NCBI GenBank assembly: GCA_013239625.1
Contig: MU053629.1
Coordinates: forward strand, 2,321,567 to 2,385,566
DNA from: Lama guanicoe
Taxonomy: Eukaryota
DNA: 64,000 nt
Direction of reading: 5' to 3'
Shown here piece by piece: positions 13,430-24,165 of this stretch. Position numbers and translations under genes: made by a program. Numbering within the stretch: position 1 is the first letter of the stretch; every line of letters begins with the position of its first letter. The notes beneath the pieces are model-generated. The model searched no databases, was not told the origin of the DNA, and saw only the letters and a program-made list of their open reading frames with translations.

Positions 13430-13560
13430 GGGACAGGCTACACTTTGTTTTTGTGATTCTGGACAAAGTGACTAAGGACTCTGAGCCTCAGTTTCCTCAT
13501 CTGTGAAATGGGGATAGCTTGTGTGGAATGGTGCTTAGCATAATGTCATGTGAGTTAAAA
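13430..13560 (+). mobile_element. MIR SINE
   Basis: Contains ctctgagcctcagtttcctcatctgtgaaatgggat. Confidence 0.75.
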
Positions 13561-13939
13561 ATTTAAATTGTTCCTCCAGTTAAACTGAAATCTGTCTCCC
13601 TGTGCCTCCACCCAACTCCTCCCTACATATGGCCCTGGGCTCACAGCTCCCTGCCCTAGGGCAGTCCTTATAGATAGTCGGCCCCTTTCCCACCGTCTGA
13701 CCCCTCACATCCTGGCTGGCCCCTCTTCTGGGCTGTTTGGTGCTGGGGATGATGAAATATTATGGGAAGGGGACTCTGCTCAGCAGATCCAGGTCTCCAG
13801 GTGTTCCTTGAGCATGCAGGGAATGAGAACAGCTTATATGAAAAAGGCTGCAGAGAAACAGGCGGAGAAGAGGGTGGCTCCCCCACCCTGCTAGTGGAGA
13901 GCCGCAAACCTAGGCTGCCAACCCTGTGCCGAGCACTGG

Positions 13940-14100
13940 GCTGAACATAACACGTCCCTGAGCTCACACACCTCTCACAGCTGGCTGAGGAGATAATTTT
14001 CCTTATTTTACATTTGAGGTACAGAGAGGTTAAGTAACCTGGACAACAATGCACAGCTCTAACTGCCAGGACTGGGATTTGAACCTAAGCCTCCCTACAC
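13940..14100 (-). mobile_element. MIR SINE
   Basis: Contains gaggtacagagaggttaagtaacctgg...ctgggatttgaaccta. Confidence 0.7.
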
Positions 14101-14354
14101 CCCACTCTTAGAACTAGACAGAATGAAACAGAAGAGTTGAATTTGAATTGACATCCAAGTCCAAAATGCAATTTTCTTCCAGGAGACATCTAAATAGATA
14201 GTTGCTAATTTCTTATCTAGCCATAATCCCTTGCATTTACAGTACGCTTTTCCCCCCCATGAATGTCCACCTTCTTTTTTTTTCTTTTTCTTGGGAAGAG
14301 CTAATATTTGCACATGATGTTCATAGTTTAAAATTCACAAGATGCAAAAGAATA

Positions 14355-14930
14355 CTGAAAACAGTTTGCAGTTCTTAAATAAATTAAATGTAGAACTACC
14401 ATATGACCCAGCAACTCCACTCCTGGATACGTACCCAAAAAGAACTGAAAACAGGTATTCAAACGAAAAGCTGTACACGAGTGTTCATAGCAGCACTATT
14501 CACAAGAGCCAAAATGTGGAGACAACCCAAATGTCCATCAGCTGATGAATGGATAAGCAAAACATGCTATATCTGTTCAATGGAGTATAAGAATCCATAA
14601 ACAGTATCAACATGGATAAACTGCAAAACATGCTAAGTGAAAAAAGCCAGACACAAACGCTCACACATTATATGATCCCGTCTGTACGAAATATCTCGAA
14701 TCGGCAAATCCATAGAGACAGGAAGCAGATTAGTGGTTGCCAGGGGCCGGGGAGGGAAGATGGGCTGTGACTGCTAATGGCACAGGGGTTTCTTTTGGGG
14801 GTGATGAAAATGATATGAAACTAGATCTGGGTGATGGTGGGACAACACTGTGAATGTACTGAATTGTTTACTTTTAAATAGTTAAATTAATTCATGTTAT
14901 GTAAATTTTACCTCGATTTTATAAAAAGAA
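14355..14930 (+). mobile_element. L1 (L1M-type) 3' fragment: end of ORF2 plus 3' UTR
   Basis: Translates to [11 protein letters not shown]...VFIAALFTRAKMWRQPKCPS, a frameshifted ORF2 C-terminus; followed by a typical L1MB-like 3' UTR (ggtgatgaaaat...ggtgatggt...tttacctc...aaaaag). Confidence 0.9.
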
Positions 14931-14939
14931 TATTGAGCA

Positions 14940-15400
14940 TTAACCCCAGCCGCATCCCCTAGCAACTGGTACAAGTTCCAGAGATATTGAGTATTTATAA
15001 ACATTCGTGTGTACAGTTTTTCGCTATGGTAATGGTAGCATCCTGTGTGTATTGTTCTGTCACCTTGTTTCTTTCCCTTGGCAGAAATCTTGGAGATTAT
15101 TCTACATCAGCACCTTCTTTTTAATGTCTCTATACTGTCCCATGTTGTGGACGTGCTGTGGTTTGTCTAACCTGTCCCCTTCTGATGGACATTTAGATTG
15201 TTTCCAGTCTTTTGCTGTTTCAAACAAGGCTGCTGTGAATAGCCTTACACACGGGTCATTTCACACGTGCCTCTGTCTGCGGAGAAATTCCTACAAGTGG
15301 AATTGCTGGGTCAAGGGGCATGTGCGTTTTAATTGTTCCAGTTGCAAAAATAATGCATACTTGTTATATAAATTTCAAACAACTCTGAAGCTCATTGTCC
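14940..15400 (-). mobile_element. Old L1 (L1ME-like) fragment, antisense
   Basis: Contains tgatggacatttagattgtttccagtcttttgctgtttcaaacaaggctgctgtgaat...ggaattgctgggtcaaggg. Confidence 0.75.
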
Positions 15401-15819
15401 AAAAAATGGAAGAAGCCCTCCCCACAACCCCAATGCCACACCTCTGGTGGAGTTGCTCCTTCTTCATCTGCCTCCCTTGTCGGGGCACTTTCTCCCTGGC
15501 CCCTGGCCTGCAGCTCCCAGAGCCTTCCCTGCCTGCCTGATTCTGGATCCCCCTCCTCCTACTCACCCCCCCCCTTCCCTCATCTGTCAGTAGATTTTCC
15601 CATCAGCCCCCAGAGCCTCAGGCTGGGACTGAGGCTCACATATATAACCTGTTACCACCAAATCTACCAATGGCGGCCCCTGGGATCTTTGCATACGCAG
15701 GCTTAGTGCTTTCAAATCATAAAATGTTCAAACCAAAAGGTTAGGGACTTATCCAACTTTCACATTCCATCATACATAGTTTTACGCAGGAGACAACTGA
15801 GACCTGGATGTCATAACTG

Positions 15820-16020
15820 GATGGTGATGTCTCAGCTGGGACCTGAATGACAGAAAAGAGCCAACTAAACCTGCATATGCAAGGGTCTTGAGGTAGGAAG
15901 AAAATGTGTGTATTTGAGAGACAAGAAGAAGGCCAGTGGGACTGGAGCAAACGAGGTGGCAAAGGTGCACAGGGCTAATAGTCACTTAGGGCCCTGGAGG
16001 CAGAGTGAGGTCATTCTGCA
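15820..16020 (-). mobile_element. L2 fragment
   Basis: Contains agctgggacctgaatgacag...tgcaagggtcttgaggtaggaag...aaggccagtgggactggagc. Confidence 0.7.
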
Positions 16021-16299
16021 ATGCTAAAAGGTCAGCTTCTCCCTCCCTCCCCTGCTCCTAATAGCTCAGCCCTGAGGACATGGCAGGGGCTCCCTGAGCC
16101 TTGCTGAATGAATGAATGAGCACTGTGTTAAAGTGAGTGAAGAAGAAGAGGCAGAAAGGTGTGTTACAGAATCCTTGAATAGAAACATTCGTTCAGGCCC
16201 CAGGTTACTAGTCTGTGGCTTAGGGCCTGCTGTTTTTCATGTGATCATCATCCTAATGGCAACCAACCCTTAGAGGGTTGTGGAGGACGTCGAGGACTT

Positions 16300-16440
16300 T
16301 GTGAGGCACACAGTTAACATCTGTGTGCAGCTTTGTCCTTGTAGCTGTAGTAGGAAAGCAGCCACAGACAATGCGGGGAAAACATGGGCGTGGCCATGTT
16401 TCAATAAAACTTTATTTACAAAAGCAGGCTGTGGGCCAAC
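16300..16440 (+). mobile_element. MER58A-like hAT DNA transposon fragment
   Basis: Contains aaagcagccacagacaat...atgggcgtggccatgtttcaataaaactttatttacaaaagcaggc. Confidence 0.7.
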
Positions 16441-17134
16441 CCATGCCTTAGGGAGCACTTAAAATGCTCCAGGTACAATTCTAAGAACCTTATATGCGTT
16501 AGCACCTTTATAAGAGAGGCTCAACAAATCATTGTTCTGTATCTCATTTGGGTCTTGGACCCCCTTTGAGACACAGATGGTGTCTCTGGATGTTTGCTCC
16601 AGAAGTCTACACACACTCAGACACAGTGGTGCATACAGCTGCGGTTAGGGATCTTCTGAGGCCTTTGTGGACCTCCTGGATGGATAATCTGTAAGGCCCC
16701 TTCTGCCTCAGATATTGACCAGGTCGGGTGCTAGGAGTTGTGGAGTGCCTGCCAGCGGGAAGGCCCTGAGAGGCAGAGGGAATCGGAGACTTTTGGGATG
16801 GACGGCACCGTCTGAGACAGTGGTTGAGGGGCTGGCTGACAAGAGACCACCCAGCCTCCCTCCAGAGTTTGTAGTGTGAGCTCAAGATGGTCGTCTCCTC
16901 CCTCCAAAATGTGGCCCACTTGGCCCCTGGAGGACTTCCTTCCCGAAGTCAGTGCAGAAAAAGCCTAGCTTGGGGCAGAGCCCTGCAGGAGACCCCATCA
17001 GCCCTGAATCCTGGTGGCGGCGGTGGGTCAAGCACAGCTCTGTGACTCCAGTAAAATGCAGGAATCGGATTAGACTGATTCTTTCCCACTACAGACATTT
17101 ATGGGCACCTTCTGCATACCAAAGACTACACTGG

Positions 17135-17210
17135 AAAATTGTGAATCACTGTGTTGTACACCTGAAACTTATGCAATGTTGTACATCAACTGTACCTCAA
17201 TTAGAAAAGA
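17135..17210 (+). mobile_element. L1 extreme 3' end
   Basis: Contains gaatcactgtgttgtacacctgaaact...ttgtacatcaactgtacctcaattagaaaa. Confidence 0.75.
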
Positions 17211-18199
17211 ATACTTGGGCCCCACCAGTGATGAAGCAGCTTCAGGGACAAAGAACTGCGCCCAAGAGGGAGGAGAGGCCCCTTGCAGTCTTCAGCCAGG
17301 TCAGCTGGGAAGGCCCCCGGGACCCCCAGCACTGGAGCCGGACTCTGAAGGTGGGCAGTTGAGGGCATTGCAGGCAGAGGGAGGCACGTGGGTGTGGGAA
17401 AACTCAGGGCGTGCAGGGCCTGCTTGACTGGGGGTTCTGGTGAACAGAGAGGAGCTCTCAGGAGCAAAGCAAGAAGGCAAATTGGATCCGCAGGTGGTTG
17501 GGGCGGGGTGGGGGGAGCTAGACCAATGGTCATCGGGAGGTGACAATGGCAGGGCCTTAGGGGCATGCACCAGGCCTCCCTGAGCTTTGTGGGAGAGGAA
17601 TGGTGGGGGGCAGTGACACTAGGGGCCTAGGGCAGGACAGAGTAGAAAGTCAGATTTGTTAGGAAGTCTGTTTCTCAAGCAGTTGGAAATGGGAGGCTGG
17701 AACTGGGGAGAGATTCCGGAAAAGACTGCCCCAGGTGACTGGCAGGCAGTGGCCGCCTTCGCAGAGAGGGGCGCTGGTGGATGCTGCAGGAAGTGTGGGA
17801 GGCTCCCTTGCTCCCTCCCACCCCCAGTGGTCTCTGGAAGGTTTACAAATTAGCATGTGAAAGGCTCTGAAAGAAGGCAGGTGGGGCAGAAGAGACTGGT
17901 TTAGCTCCATTCAATATGGGTCTAGGGGCTCACTGAGACTTACACATAGACTTCCTGGAAGAACATTCCAGACAAATAAATAAACTTAAGCAGACATGAA
18001 AAAGATTTAACCATCTGTCAAAGTTAAATATATATATGTATGCATATATTACACAGACGCACACACACACACATGTGTGTGTTTTGAAGTAAACTGGCCT
18101 CAGTTTGAGGGATAGGTGGAGTAAGTGTGCTGGGTCAGGATCAGGTGTGGCCTGAGGCTTGTCCATCTCTAGCACTACTGTCTCCCCTCACAGCATTTT

Positions 18200-18370
18200 C
18201 ACCCAGGAAGTTGGGACTCTATCTCTTTTGCAGATGGGGAAGCTACAGTCAGTTCAGAGAGGTTTAGATGCTGTCCCAAGATCACAGAGCAAGAAAAGTA
18301 GGGAAGCCTGGACTGGACTAGAACCCAAGTGTCTCTCACCTCAGACTCCTTGCTCTTAACCGCCAGGGTT
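18200..18370 (-). mobile_element. MIR SINE
   Basis: Contains ttttgcagatgggga...cagagaggtt...cccaagatcacag...gactagaacccaagtgtct. Confidence 0.65.
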
Positions 18371-18659
18371 TACAACCCGACAATGAAATTTAACTCTTAA
18401 ATAGTCAGGATTAAAGAATTAGTAGCATCATTAAATCTGTGGTTAGCAGATGGAGCAACCAAGCCCTGCTTTTTCTCCCGCTGCCCCAGTGTGGACCACC
18501 TGCCTGCACCCCAAGCCTCCAGCTCCCCTAGGGTTGCTGGTGAGACATTGAAGCTGGAGGGAATGATAGAGTCTCAGACCTGGGGATCTGGTGCTGCTGA
18601 GGGAGAAACATGCAGGCTGAGAAGAGGAAACGATTTTGCAGGATGCTGATGGTTCATTT

Positions 18660-18840
18660 GTTACCAGATAGACTTGGATCACTGCTTATCAGCTCTGGGA
18701 CCTGGGACAATGCATAAACTGTCTGAACCTCAGTTTTCCCAAATTGTAAAATGATGATGGTTATAGTGTATGTGAAGATGAAACGCACTACCATGTGTAA
18801 CACACTCAGCTCAAGGCCTGTGTATGTAGATGGTAGCCGC
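18660..18840 (+). mobile_element. MIR SINE
   Basis: Contains tctgaacctcagttttcccaaattgtaaaatg...gtgaagatgaaac. Confidence 0.65.
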
Positions 18841-20139
18841 CATATACACGATTTTGATTATTTGTGTTGTTAGCAGGTGGTTGGGATGGGACCTGAGGTT
18901 TCTTTAACATCCTACAGGACTCTGCTGAGTTCACATTTTGAGTCCTGTTGGAGCTGCAGGACTAGGAGTCAAAAAAGAGGCCCAGAGTGGAAACTCTTGA
19001 TTTGAGAGTCCACAGGAAAAAGGTCTCTGGGTATCCAGAGCCAGGGTTGGGGTGGGACATTTTCTGGAGGATGCAGCATGCACAGAAGCTCGAAGGTGCT
19101 ACCTGAGCTGCTCTCCCTCTTCACGCGCTGCTGAACACTCACAGACCAACCGCCTCTCCTTCGCCCCATTGGAGTCATCCTTGGATAGTGACCAAGTCAG
19201 GGCTCTAGAGTGAAAACCCTGGAGCTTGTCCTGCTGTCCTGCCAAGCTGTGTGAATTTGGGCAAGCCATTCAGTGTCTCCAGTCAGCAGTTTCCCCATGT
19301 GCAAAGGGGTGTATAATAATGTAACCCTAGACGAGGAGTTGAGAGGATAGGTCTGTACTCTTAAGAGAGGATATGAAAACACTTAGTAAACTTCAAAGGC
19401 TACACAAATGCAGGACATAACTTTTCTCACAGACCTGATACCAATGGCACCTCTTCCATGAAGCCTTTCCAGATTGCCCAGGCGGCAGTGCGTCCCCCAT
19501 CTAGAGGCTGAGTACAGGACAGGGCAGATCTCCTAAATTCTAGCCAGTGTCCTGATAGTATTTCCTGACATGCCTCTCGTCTACCCACCAAGCACTTTCC
19601 TAGCACTTGTCCGGCCCTCCATCTGTAGAATGCAAGACCAGCCAGGTTCACACCACGTAGCCCTACCCGCTGACCACACGCCTTGGTGCGTGATGGAGTC
19701 CTTGACCCAAGTGCGCCAGTAAGGTCTTTCCTTGAGGATTTACTCTTGGGCCTAGGATTGACAGGGAGGAAATTCAGCATCTCTCTGAGTAATTAAACCT
19801 GTACCATGCGAAACTCAGAAGCTGGTAGCTTTCGTTTCCTACCACATAAATAGGAAACAGAGACCTGTGATCAGAGAAGCAAAGACAAGGGATGAACAGG
19901 GAAGGCTTCCTGGGACCCTGCAGGGTTCCTTCATTCTCTGAAGCTTCCTTTGGATAAATTCCCTTTCTGACTTAAACTAACACTCGTGAGTTCTCTTACT
20001 TTCTGACCTGTATAGAAAAAGAAATTTGTCACAGAAAAGCTTACCAGCATGTCTGGAGTCACATAAGAGTTAACAGTAGAGACACCACATCACATATACC
20101 TCCTTAAAACCATGTTCTGAACAGATTGGTGGATGTGTG

Positions 20140-20890
20140 ATTGGCATACAATAAACTGCACCTATGTAAAGTGTGCGATTTGATAAGCTTTAACATAGGT
20201 CTACATTTGTGAAACCAGCATCACATTCAAGGTAATGAACATTTCATCACCCACAGACATTTCCTTCTGCCCCTTCTTAATCCTTCCAGCTCCTCCCCGA
20301 CCCTCAGCCCAGGGAACCACTGAACTGCGTTCAGTCACTGTAGATTATTGTCCATGTTCCAGAATTTTATATAAATGGAGTTGTACATACATACTTTTTT
20401 GTCATCTTTCAGTTGGCATAATTATTTTGAGATTCATCCATGTTGCATAACTTAATAGGTCAGTTTTGTTGCTGAGTAGTATCAGTTACATGGGTATTCA
20501 ACAACCTGTTCACCGTTCATCACTTGTTGAGCATTTGGGTTGTTTCCAGGTTTTGACTATTACAAATAAAACTGCTATGAACATTTATGTATAAGTCTTC
20601 ATATGGCTATGTGTTTTTATTTATTTTACAGACATACCGAGGAGTGGAATGTCTTGGTCATATGGTGGGTAGTCATATGGAAGTTACGCTGTGCTTTACT
20701 TTTTAAACAACTGCCTAACTGTTTTCCAAAGTTGTTACACTGTTTTACGCTCCCACCAGTAGAGTATGAAAGTTGTAGTTACTTCACATCCCCACCAAAC
20801 ACTTGGTTTCAGTCTTTATAATTTTAGAAATTCTAGTGAGTATCTGTAGTTTTGAGTTTTACCTTTAGGTCTGGCATTTATTTGAGTTAC
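20140..20890 (-). mobile_element. Old L1 (L1MB/L1MC-like) 3' region, antisense
   Basis: Contains catacaataaactgcacct...ttttgagattcatccatgttgca...catttgggttgtttccag...cccaccagtagagtatga. Confidence 0.85.
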
Positions 20891-21648
20891 TTTTTTTTAT
20901 TATTGAAGTATAGTCGATTAACAATATTGTGTTAATATCTGGTGTATAGCATAGTGATTCAGTTGTATATATATTATATATATTTCTTTTCATACTATTT
21001 TTCATTATAGGCTATTACAAGATACTGAATGTAGTTCCCTGTGCTATACAGTACGACCTTGTTTATCTATTTTATATATAGTAGTTAGTATCTGCAAATC
21101 CAGAACTCCCAATTTATCCCTCCACCCCTCCTACCCTTTTCCCCCTGGTAACCTTAAGTTTGTTTTCTATGTCTGTCAGTCTGTTTCTGTTTTATAAATA
21201 AGTTTATATGTGTTATCTTTTTTAGGTTCCACATATAAGTGATATCATATGGTATTTTTCTTTCTCTTTGTGGCTTACTTCACTTAGAATGACTATCTCC
21301 AAGTCTATCCATGTTGCTGCAAATGACATTTTATTCTTTTTTATGGCTGAGTAGTATTCCATTGTGTGTGTGTGTATACACACATACACAACTATATATA
21401 TAGCTATATAAACATATATATAAATTCCACAGCTTCTTTGTTCAGTCGTCCGTCAGTGAACATTTAGGTTGCTTCCATGTCTTGGCTATTGTAAACAGTG
21501 CTGCTATGAACATTGGGGTGCATGTATCTTTTCGAATTGGAGTTTCCTCTAGGTATATGCCCAGGAGTAGGGTTGCTGGATCATATGGTAACTCTATTTT
21601 TAGGTTTTTAAGGGATCTCCATACTGTTTTCCATAGTGGCTGCACCAC
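20891..21648 (-). mobile_element. Younger L1 3' end (ORF2 C-terminus, 3' UTR, poly-A) nested among older L1 sequence
   Basis: The T-rich tail starts at 20891. ORF 21442-21648 ([24 protein letters not shown]...[22 protein letters not shown]) is the conserved L1 ORF2 C-terminus. There is an internal (TG)/(TA) microsatellite. Confidence 0.92.
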
Positions 21649-21649
21649 T

Positions 21650-22710
21650 CAATTTGAGTCTTTTAAAGAATATCTCCTGTATCTCTACTTAACATGGCCA
21701 GTCTTTCCTTTATCTTCTTGCATACATGGAATATAGTTAGAATAATTGTTTTAATGTCTGTGTCTCCTAATTCTGTCATCTAGGTAATTTCTAGGTGGGT
21801 TTCAGTTGACTGTTTTTCTTTTCATTATGGGTCATATTCCTGTTTCTTTGTATACATGCTGATCTTTATTGGTTGCCAGGCATTAAGAATTCTGTTTTAT
21901 TGGCTGCTGGATTTTTTTTTTTTAAGGCAGTCAAATTTTAATTAGGTTTATTTATTTATTTAATTTTTAGAGGAGGTACTGGGGATTGAACCCAGGACCT
22001 CATGCATGCTAAGCATACACTCTATCACTTGAGCTATGCCCTCCCTTCCCTGGTACTGCATATCTTTGTACTCTCATAAATGTTCTTGGGCTTTGTTCTG
22101 AGGTGCAAAAGTTGCTTGAAAACAATTTGGTCCTTTCAGATCTTACTTTTGTTAGATGGAGCCAGAGCAGCATTTAGTTTTCTCCCACTCCTGAGCCAAA
22201 AACTCCACTGACTGCTCTACCCAATGTACCATTAATTGTGCGGTTTCCACTCTGGTTTGTGGGAACCAGCACTGTTTGCTGCACTGTGTGAGCTCAAGGA
22301 TTATTCTCTCTCATCCTTCAGGGTGGTTCTTACCGTGGTTTCTGGTGGTTTCCTCACAGGCAGGCACAGAGCAGAATTACTTACAGTGGTACCCCATATG
22401 GAGCCGTGGAGTTCTCTGCCTTGTGTCCCGCATTCCCAGCTTCGTCCTTTCAGTTCAGGGAGGCTGCCAGGCTTCACCTGCCTTCTCCTGGCTGCACTCT
22501 GGTCTGGAGACTGCCTTCAAGCAGTGAGATGGGGCATTCACTGGGCTCATCTCATTTGTTTCCTGACTTTCAGAAATCACTATTTTTCATTGTCTGGCAT
22601 CCAGTGTCTTGAGAACCACTGTTTCATGTATTTCGTGGGGTATTTTAATTGTTTAGGTGGGGATATAAATCCCATCCCTATTGCTCCATCTCAGCTGGAC
22701 ACATAAATCC
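21650..22710 (-). mobile_element. Old L1 fragment, interrupted by a Vic-1 SINE
   Basis: T-rich, L1-like antisense sequence (tttcttttcattatgggtcatattcctgtttctttgtat...ttgaaaacaatttggtcctttcag). Subfamily uncertain. Confidence 0.55.
21912..22045 (-). mobile_element. Vic-1-type camelid tRNA-derived SINE
   Basis: Reverse complement reads gggagggcatagctcaagtgatagagt...gaggtcctgggttcaatccccagtacctcc...aaataaataaacctaatta, followed by an A tail. Confidence 0.9.
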
Positions 22711-22799
22711 TCATGATTATTTGTTCCTTTGTTCAGCTGGCATTTATGGAGGGCGAGCTCGCTGTGTGCCCACCTCACACTAGGCTAGCTGATCTCCAA

Positions 22800-23052
22800 A
22801 CACCCCAGATTTTCCTATCACAGCGCCTTTGCTCTGTCTGGAATGCTCTTTCTAGCTGTACTTCCCTCCCTCAGCTGAGAGACCTTCTCTGACCACCCTG
22901 TGTAAAGCAAATTACTCTCTTTTATTTCCCATAATACTTCTGCTCTCCTTTATGGCTTTTACTAGAACGTAGGTCGGAATTTTGTCCAATTTGCCACTGC
23001 CAGCTCAGGGCCAGGCACACTGTTGGTGTTCAATAAATATTTATTGAACAAG
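22800..23052 (+). mobile_element. L2 3' end
   Basis: Contains tctggaatgctcttt...ccttctctgaccaccct...ggcacactgttggtgttcaataaatatttattgaa. Confidence 0.75.
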
Positions 23053-23608
23053 TGAGGTCTTTGCATATTTCATGGTGCCTGTCATACAACAGAGCTAGGT
23101 CAACTTGGAGGTGCTTGGCTGAGGGAACCCAGCTCCCTGCCCGAAGGTCCCCAGCAGGGAAAGGAGCCCAGGCCCCTGAAGTGAGGCCATCCTCAGCTCA
23201 CTCTCAGCCACGCTCTCCTTAGCGATAACCGAAGGCCCCCGCGTTCTGGCCAGGGGAGGGCTGACAGGTGGGGCTGATGAGTTCCAGACCCGGGCCTCCG
23301 CCCCGGCACAGCCTGGCAGAACCGGATGCTCGGCAGGAGCCACAGCCCAGCTTCCATAACACCGCCGTCTTCAAGGGCTGTGCCCCTCCCTAGGCCCTTG
23401 GTGGGGCTTTTAGGTCTCACCCATCCCAGCAGTCTGCCACCAGTCTCTGGGGACAGATGGAGCCATCTCCTGGTTCTAGTCCCAGATCTGGTCATGTGAC
23501 AATTGACAACTATTAGAACGCTCACAGGATGAGAGGTTGGCTCTGTAATATAAATAGAACTTTGTAACTGCAAACCTTCTGTAAGTACTCACTGAACCAG
23601 AAAGGCCA

Positions 23609-23745
23609 GGGGAGGGTATAGCTTAGTGGTAGAGCACATGCCTGGCATGCACAAGGTCCTGGGTTTGATTCCCCAGTACCTCCATTAAAAAATAAATAAA
23701 TAAACCTAGTTACCTCCCCACCAAGAATATAAACAACATTTGATT
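23609..23745 (+). mobile_element. Vic-1-type camelid SINE with target-site duplication
   Basis: Reads ggggagggtatagcttagtggtagagc...ggtcctgggtttgattccccagtacctcc...aaataaataaacctagttacctcccc. Flanked by tgaaccagaaaggcc (23593-23607) and tgaactagaaaggcc (23746-23760). Confidence 0.92.
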
Positions 23746-23984
23746 TGAACTAGAAAGGCCTTTAGGAAGTTTCTGTTCTAAACCCTTACTTTTGACCAAG
23801 GAGGAGGCTGAGGTTTAAATGAGATAATGTGTTTAGACTGCTTAGCACCAGGCTTGGGACTTTGTGTTTTTCATTCTAGCTACTAACCAGCTGCCTACCT
23901 CGGGCTAAGCAAGCAACAGCCCTCACCCCCTCAGCTGGCAGCTGGGGGCCTTGACCCATCCCCCTCATTAAGGATCAGAGCTAC

Positions 23985-24165
23985 CGTTTTTTGAGGCGCC
24001 CAGGCCATGAGCTCAGCGCTTTGCATGCATCATCTAATTCTCTCATCGTGGGATGAGCTAGTTGTTATTACTCCTGATGAGGAAACTGAGGCTCACAGAC
24101 ACCAGGGAACCTTCCCAAGGCCCTGCAACTACTAAGTGGCTGAAGCAGTATTTGGACCCCAGGGT
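23985..24165 (-). mobile_element. MIR SINE
   Basis: Contains gatgaggaaactgaggctcacaga...cccaaggccctgcaactactaagtggc. Confidence 0.7.

Noticed and set aside
21442..21648. ORF with strong similarity to a reverse-transcriptase-protein C-terminus
   Set aside because: It is a 5'-truncated L1 ORF2 remnant, not a host gene or a novel RT system.
23609..23685. tRNA-Ala-like sequence
   Set aside because: It continues into a SINE body and A-rich tail with a TSD and has three diverged paralogues here, so it is a SINE head rather than a tRNA gene.
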